Assembly (NCBI GenBank): GCA_963700995.1
Contig: CAVOZP010000004.1
Location: forward strand, 237,712 to 301,711
DNA from: an uncultured Acidimicrobiales bacterium
GTDB taxonomy: Bacteria; Actinomycetota; Acidimicrobiia; Acidimicrobiales; JAHEJN01
Direction: 5' to 3'
Length of the DNA: 64,000 bases
The notes beneath the pieces were generated by a model that was given only the letters and a program-made list of their open reading frames with translations, did not search any database and had not been told where the DNA came from. Positions 60,650-64,000 of the stretch are shown in pieces; the stretch's first letter is position 1, and every line of letters begins with the position of its first letter. A program made the position numbers and the translations under genes.

Positions 60650-61798
60650 ATGCGAATCGGAATCCTCACTGGCGGCGGCGACGTCCCCGGACTCAACGCC
60701 TGCATCAAAGCCGTGGTCACCCGCGTGGCTGCCCTGGGTCACGACGTGGTCGGCATACGTCGGGGGTGGGGTGGGCTGCTCAACACCCAGCCCGACGATC
60801 CGGCCTCGGTCGCCAGCAACTTCTGGCCCCTCGACCTCGACGCGGTGCGTACGGTCGACCGATCCGGTGGCACGTTCCTGCACACCTCACGCACCAATCC
60901 GGGCCGGGTTCCCACTGCGGATGTGCCCGACTTCCTGGCTGACGGCATCACCGGCGACGGACCCCACGACTTCACGCCCCACGCGCTGAAGGTGATCGAG
61001 AGCCAGGGCATCGACGTGCTCATCCCCATCGGCGGCGACGACACGTTGTCGTACGGGCTGCGACTCCACAACGAGGGCGTACCGGTCATTGCCATCCCCA
61101 AGACGATGGACAACGACGTGCACGGCACCGACTACTGCATCGGCTTCTCGACCGCGGTCACCCGAGGCATCGAGTTCATCAACAACCTGCGGACGAGCAC
61201 CGGCTCGCACGAGCGCATTGCGGTGGTCGAGTTGTTCGGCCGCTACAGCGGCGAGACGTCGTTGATCACGGCGTACCTGGCCGGCGTCGACCGGGCCCTC
61301 ATCTCCGAGGTGCCCTTCGACATCGACCGACTCGCCGCGATGGTGATGGACGACAAACGCGCCAATCCGTCGCACTACGCGATGGTCACGGTTTCGGAGG
61401 GCGCAACGATGATCGGCGGCGAGCTGAGCCTCACCGGCGAGGCCGATCACTACGGTCACCGCAAGCTGGGCGGCATCGGCATGGAGACTGGCGAGGCGCT
61501 CAAGGAGATCACCGGCCACAAGATCATCAACCAGCAGGTGGGCTATCTGATGCGCTCGGGGCGCCCCGACTCGCTCGACCTGATGGTGGCCACCAACTAT
61601 GCGGTGATGGCGGCCGATCTGGCCCTCGACGGTTCGTCGGGGCGGATGGTGGCGCTGCGCTCGGGCACCTATGCCAATGTGCCGATCAGCGTGACCGGCG
61701 AGGGTGTGAAGCGAGTAGACGTCGACGAGCTCTACGACGCCGACGCCTACAAGCCCAACATTCGCCACGTCGGCGGCAAGCCGATGTTCCTGTACTGA
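60650..61798 (+). CDS. pfk: 6-phosphofructokinase (ATP- or PPi-dependent)
   Basis: 382 aa with [20 protein letters not shown] and PKTMDNDV motifs. Confidence 0.9.
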   Translation: MRIGILTGGGDVPGLNACIKAVVTRVAALGHDVVGIRRGWGGLLNTQPDDPASVASNFWPLDLDAVRTVDRSGGTFLHTSRTNPGRVPTADVPDFLADGITGDGPHDFTPHALKVIESQGIDVLIPIGGDDTLSYGLRLHNEGVPVIAIPKTMDNDVHGTDYCIGFSTAVTRGIEFINNLRTSTGSHERIAVVELFGRYSGETSLITAYLAGVDRALISEVPFDIDRLAAMVMDDKRANPSHYAMVTVSEGATMIGGELSLTGEADHYGHRKLGGIGMETGEALKEITGHKIINQQVGYLMRSGRPDSLDLMVATNYAVMAADLALDGSSGRMVALRSGTYANVPISVTGEGVKRVDVDELYDADAYKPNIRHVGGKPMFLY

Positions 61799-61803
61799 GA
61801 GGC

Positions 61804-61890
61804 TCAGCGGAAGCGCCGACGGCGCCAGGCCTCGAGCCGACGCTCGTGGCTCTGGTACTTCTCCAGGACGGGGTAGTAGATCGGATGCAT
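61804..61890 (-). CDS. 28-aa basic small ORF downstream of the SoxR-type promoter
   Basis: ATG at 61890 preceded at proper spacing by AAAGGAG. Sequence MHPIYYPVLEKYQSHERRLEAWRRRRFR. Its stop lies 5 nt from the convergent pfk stop. Confidence 0.5.
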   Translation of the reverse strand: MHPIYYPVLEKYQSHERRLEAWRRRRFR

Positions 61891-61919
61891 GGTGTGCTCC
61901 TTTCGGGGTTCCTGGGTGT

Positions 61920-61950
61920 ACCGTAGGACTTCAAGTTGACTTGAAGTCAA
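61920..61950 (-). promoter_or_regulatory. SoxR box inside a 19-bp-spacer promoter
   Basis: Minus strand reads TTGACT-N19-TACGGT. The spacer holds the perfect palindrome GACTTCAAGT-TG-ACTTGAAGTC (61927-61948), which resembles the E. coli soxS soxbox CCTCAAGTTAACTTGAGG. Confidence 0.8.
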
Positions 61951-61960
61951 GGGGGAACTT

Positions 61961-62464
61961 GTGACGACGAAACGCACCGCCGCGCCGCTCGGCCGGCGGC
62001 TGTTGACGATCGGTGAGGTGGCCCACCGGGCCGGTATCGCCACGTCGGCGCTGCGGTTCTACGAGGACGCCGGCCTCATCGAGTCTCGGCGCACTGCCGC
62101 CGGGCACCGCCGCTATCGGGCCGACGTGCTGCGCCGGGTGAGCTTCATCCGTACCGCGCAACGGGTGGGGTTGAGCCTCGACGAGATCGGCGCCGCCCTC
62201 GAGTCGCTGCCGGCCAAGCGCACGCCGACGGCAGCCGACTGGGCCCGCCTCGCCAGTGGCTGGGGCCCTCGCCTCGACGATCAGATCGCCGTGCTCACCC
62301 GCCTCCGTGATCAGCTCGACAGCTGTATCGGCTGTGGTTGCCTGTCGCTCGACTCATGTGGCATCTGGAACCCCGACGACGCGGCCGCCGACCTCGGCAC
62401 CGGCCCCCGCTACCTGCTCAGCGACGAACGCCCGGTGGCGTTGGACGGTGTCGAGCGGGGATGA
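61961..62464 (+). CDS. soxR: redox-sensitive MerR-family activator SoxR
   Basis: GTG start. MerR HTH (LTIGEVAHRAGIATSALRFYE) and the CIGCGCLSLDSC [2Fe-2S] motif. Confidence 0.9.
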   Translation: MTTKRTAAPLGRRLLTIGEVAHRAGIATSALRFYEDAGLIESRRTAAGHRRYRADVLRRVSFIRTAQRVGLSLDEIGAALESLPAKRTPTAADWARLASGWGPRLDDQIAVLTRLRDQLDSCIGCGCLSLDSCGIWNPDDAAADLGTGPRYLLSDERPVALDGVERG

Positions 62465-62474
62465 GGCGGTGGGG

Positions 62475-62894
62475 TCAGTCGGTCACGACCAGAGTTGCCA
62501 CCATGCCCTGCTCCACGTGGTCGGCGACGTCGCAGTAGAGCTCGTAGGTGCCAGGGGCCAGGTCACCCAGATCGAGCTCGGTCGACCCGCCGGGCCTCAG
62601 CTCGGCGCTGATCGGGCCTCCTCGGAGGCCCACGTTGTGCGGGATGACACCGACGTTGACGACGTTCAGCTGCACCGTCCCGGCTGGCGCCACGAGGTCA
62701 CCCTCGATGGTGAAGTCGTCGAGGGCGACCTCGATGGTGAAGGCATCGTCGCCTCCACCGAGAGTGAGGAAGCCCACCACGACGACTGCCGCCACGGCAA
62801 CGACACCGAGCACCCACGCGATCCTGCGCCGCTTCTGTTGCTGATGGGCAATGGCTCGTTGGGCTCGCCGCGACGACGGTTTGTTGGTTGGCAT
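62475..62894 (-). CDS. membrane-anchored cupredoxin (type-1 copper protein)
   Basis: N-terminal TM helix. Ligand pattern H (PHNVG)...C-x4-H-x4-M (YCDVADHVEQGM). Confidence 0.8.
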   Translation of the reverse strand: MPTNKPSSRRAQRAIAHQQQKRRRIAWVLGVVAVAAVVVVGFLTLGGGDDAFTIEVALDDFTIEGDLVAPAGTVQLNVVNVGVIPHNVGLRGGPISAELRPGGSTELDLGDLAPGTYELYCDVADHVEQGMVATLVVTD

Positions 62895-63010
62895 TGGCCG
62901 ATCAGACCATCAGGTTGCCGGATTCGCCCAGGGTCCGAGGTCACATGCCGGGCATGATCGGTCCGGTGTGCGTCATGCTGGCGTGTTCGAGCGACAGGTA
63001 GGAGACCGAC

Positions 63011-63964
63011 GTGACGTTCTCGATCGTGGCCCACGACACGGCTACCGGACAGCTCGGTCTGGCCGTGCAGAGCCGGGCCTTCGCCGTGGGCCGGGTGATC
63101 CACCACATCCACCCCGGGGTCGGAGCGGTGGCCACCCAGGCCTCGGTGCTGGCCGCCCACGGCGAGCGCACGTTGGCGGCGATGGTCGAGGGCGCCGCAC
63201 CCGCCGAGGCATTGGCTGCATCGCTCGAGCTCGACGACGAGCGGGGGTTGCGCCAGGTGATTGCCATCGACGCCCGGGGGAGTGGCGCGGCCCATACCGG
63301 GTCGCAGTGCATCGCGGCGGCCGGCCATCACATCGGTGACGGGTTCGTGGTGGCGGGCAACATCCTGACCGACGACACCGTGGTGCCGGCGATGGTCGAG
63401 GCGGCCGCCGACACCTCCCATCCGTCGCTCACCCGACGGCTGCTGGCGGTGCTCACCGCGGCCCAAGCTGCGGGCGGCGATCTCCGGGGCCGCCAGTCGG
63501 CATCGATGATCGTGGTGGGCCCCGACGACACCGGTGATCCGCTGGTCGACCGAATGGTGGACGTGCGGATCGACGATCATGGCGACCCGATAGCCGAGCT
63601 CGGTCGCCTGGTCGCTCTGGCCGAGGCGTATCACGATCTCGAGCGGGCCGAACACCTGCTGCTCGCCGGCGTGGAAGACGGCGACGAGGTCGGTCTCGAG
63701 GCGGCGGTCGACCTGCACCTCGCCACCCTGCCCCGCCTGGGCGACGACCCCGAGTTCGTGGTGTGGACAGCCGTGTCGCTGGTGGCCGCCGGCCGCGCCG
63801 ACGATGCCGCTGCGCTCGTCGCCCGCCTCCACCACCGACTCGACGCCGACCGATGGCGTGACTTCGCCTCGCGCCTGGCCGCTGCGGGCATGGTCGACTC
63901 CGACGTCGAAGCCACCTGGTGGTCAGGACGCATCGATTCCCCCGGACAAGACCCCCTGAGGTAG
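63011..63964 (+). CDS. DUF1028-family (Ntn-hydrolase fold) protein
   Basis: GTG start. The MTFSIVA N-terminus is characteristic of DUF1028. Confidence 0.8.
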   Translation: MTFSIVAHDTATGQLGLAVQSRAFAVGRVIHHIHPGVGAVATQASVLAAHGERTLAAMVEGAAPAEALAASLELDDERGLRQVIAIDARGSGAAHTGSQCIAAAGHHIGDGFVVAGNILTDDTVVPAMVEAAADTSHPSLTRRLLAVLTAAQAAGGDLRGRQSASMIVVGPDDTGDPLVDRMVDVRIDDHGDPIAELGRLVALAEAYHDLERAEHLLLAGVEDGDEVGLEAAVDLHLATLPRLGDDPEFVVWTAVSLVAAGRADDAAALVARLHHRLDADRWRDFASRLAAAGMVDSDVEATWWSGRIDSPGQDPLR

Positions 63965-64000
63965 TTTCGGGCGGGTGCGCAACCCCTTGGAGACGACCGC

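Overview
This is a very GC-rich, gene-dense chromosomal segment. Gene content and synteny look Actinomycetota-like (fmdB-like/plsY/moeA, adaA-alkA/ogt, actinobacterial-type serC). I count about 60 protein genes and one tRNA-Ala(CGC). I recognised no rRNA, CRISPR, transposase or integrase. Most genes are housekeeping or metabolic: a translationally coupled tldD-pmbA-pmbA-uppP block; molybdenum-cofactor genes (moeA, moaA, moaC) plus two Mo-enzymes; serC, an aspartate aminotransferase, rsgA and pfk; a lysine-catabolism-like cluster (lysine/saccharopine dehydrogenase, ALDH7-type dehydrogenase, RpiR regulator, fused E1 alpha-beta 2-oxoacid dehydrogenase); and many secreted hydrolases (S8, M15/VanY, M6, M28, S9, esterase). 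Five observations stand out. (i) A textbook SoxR box in a 19-bp-spacer promoter has a 28-aa ORF as its only visible product, and that ORF converges on pfk. (ii) A transmembrane CHAT (caspase-like) protein carries an outside CBM9/DOMON-like domain and lies tail-to-tail with an LCAT-type lipase. (iii) Two paralogous ~68-nt tRNA-like elements, each followed by a hairpin, flank a single gene. (iv) There is a MIRU-like 66-bp intergenic tandem repeat and a 135-bp intragenic one. (v) The window carries roughly 40 reading-frame breaks, about two thirds of them in two genes (M6 protease, E1 dehydrogenase), and most are consistent with one extra base. I suspect most of these are sequence error but cannot prove it. 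All family calls come from motif recognition by eye. No database search, HMM or folding program was run.
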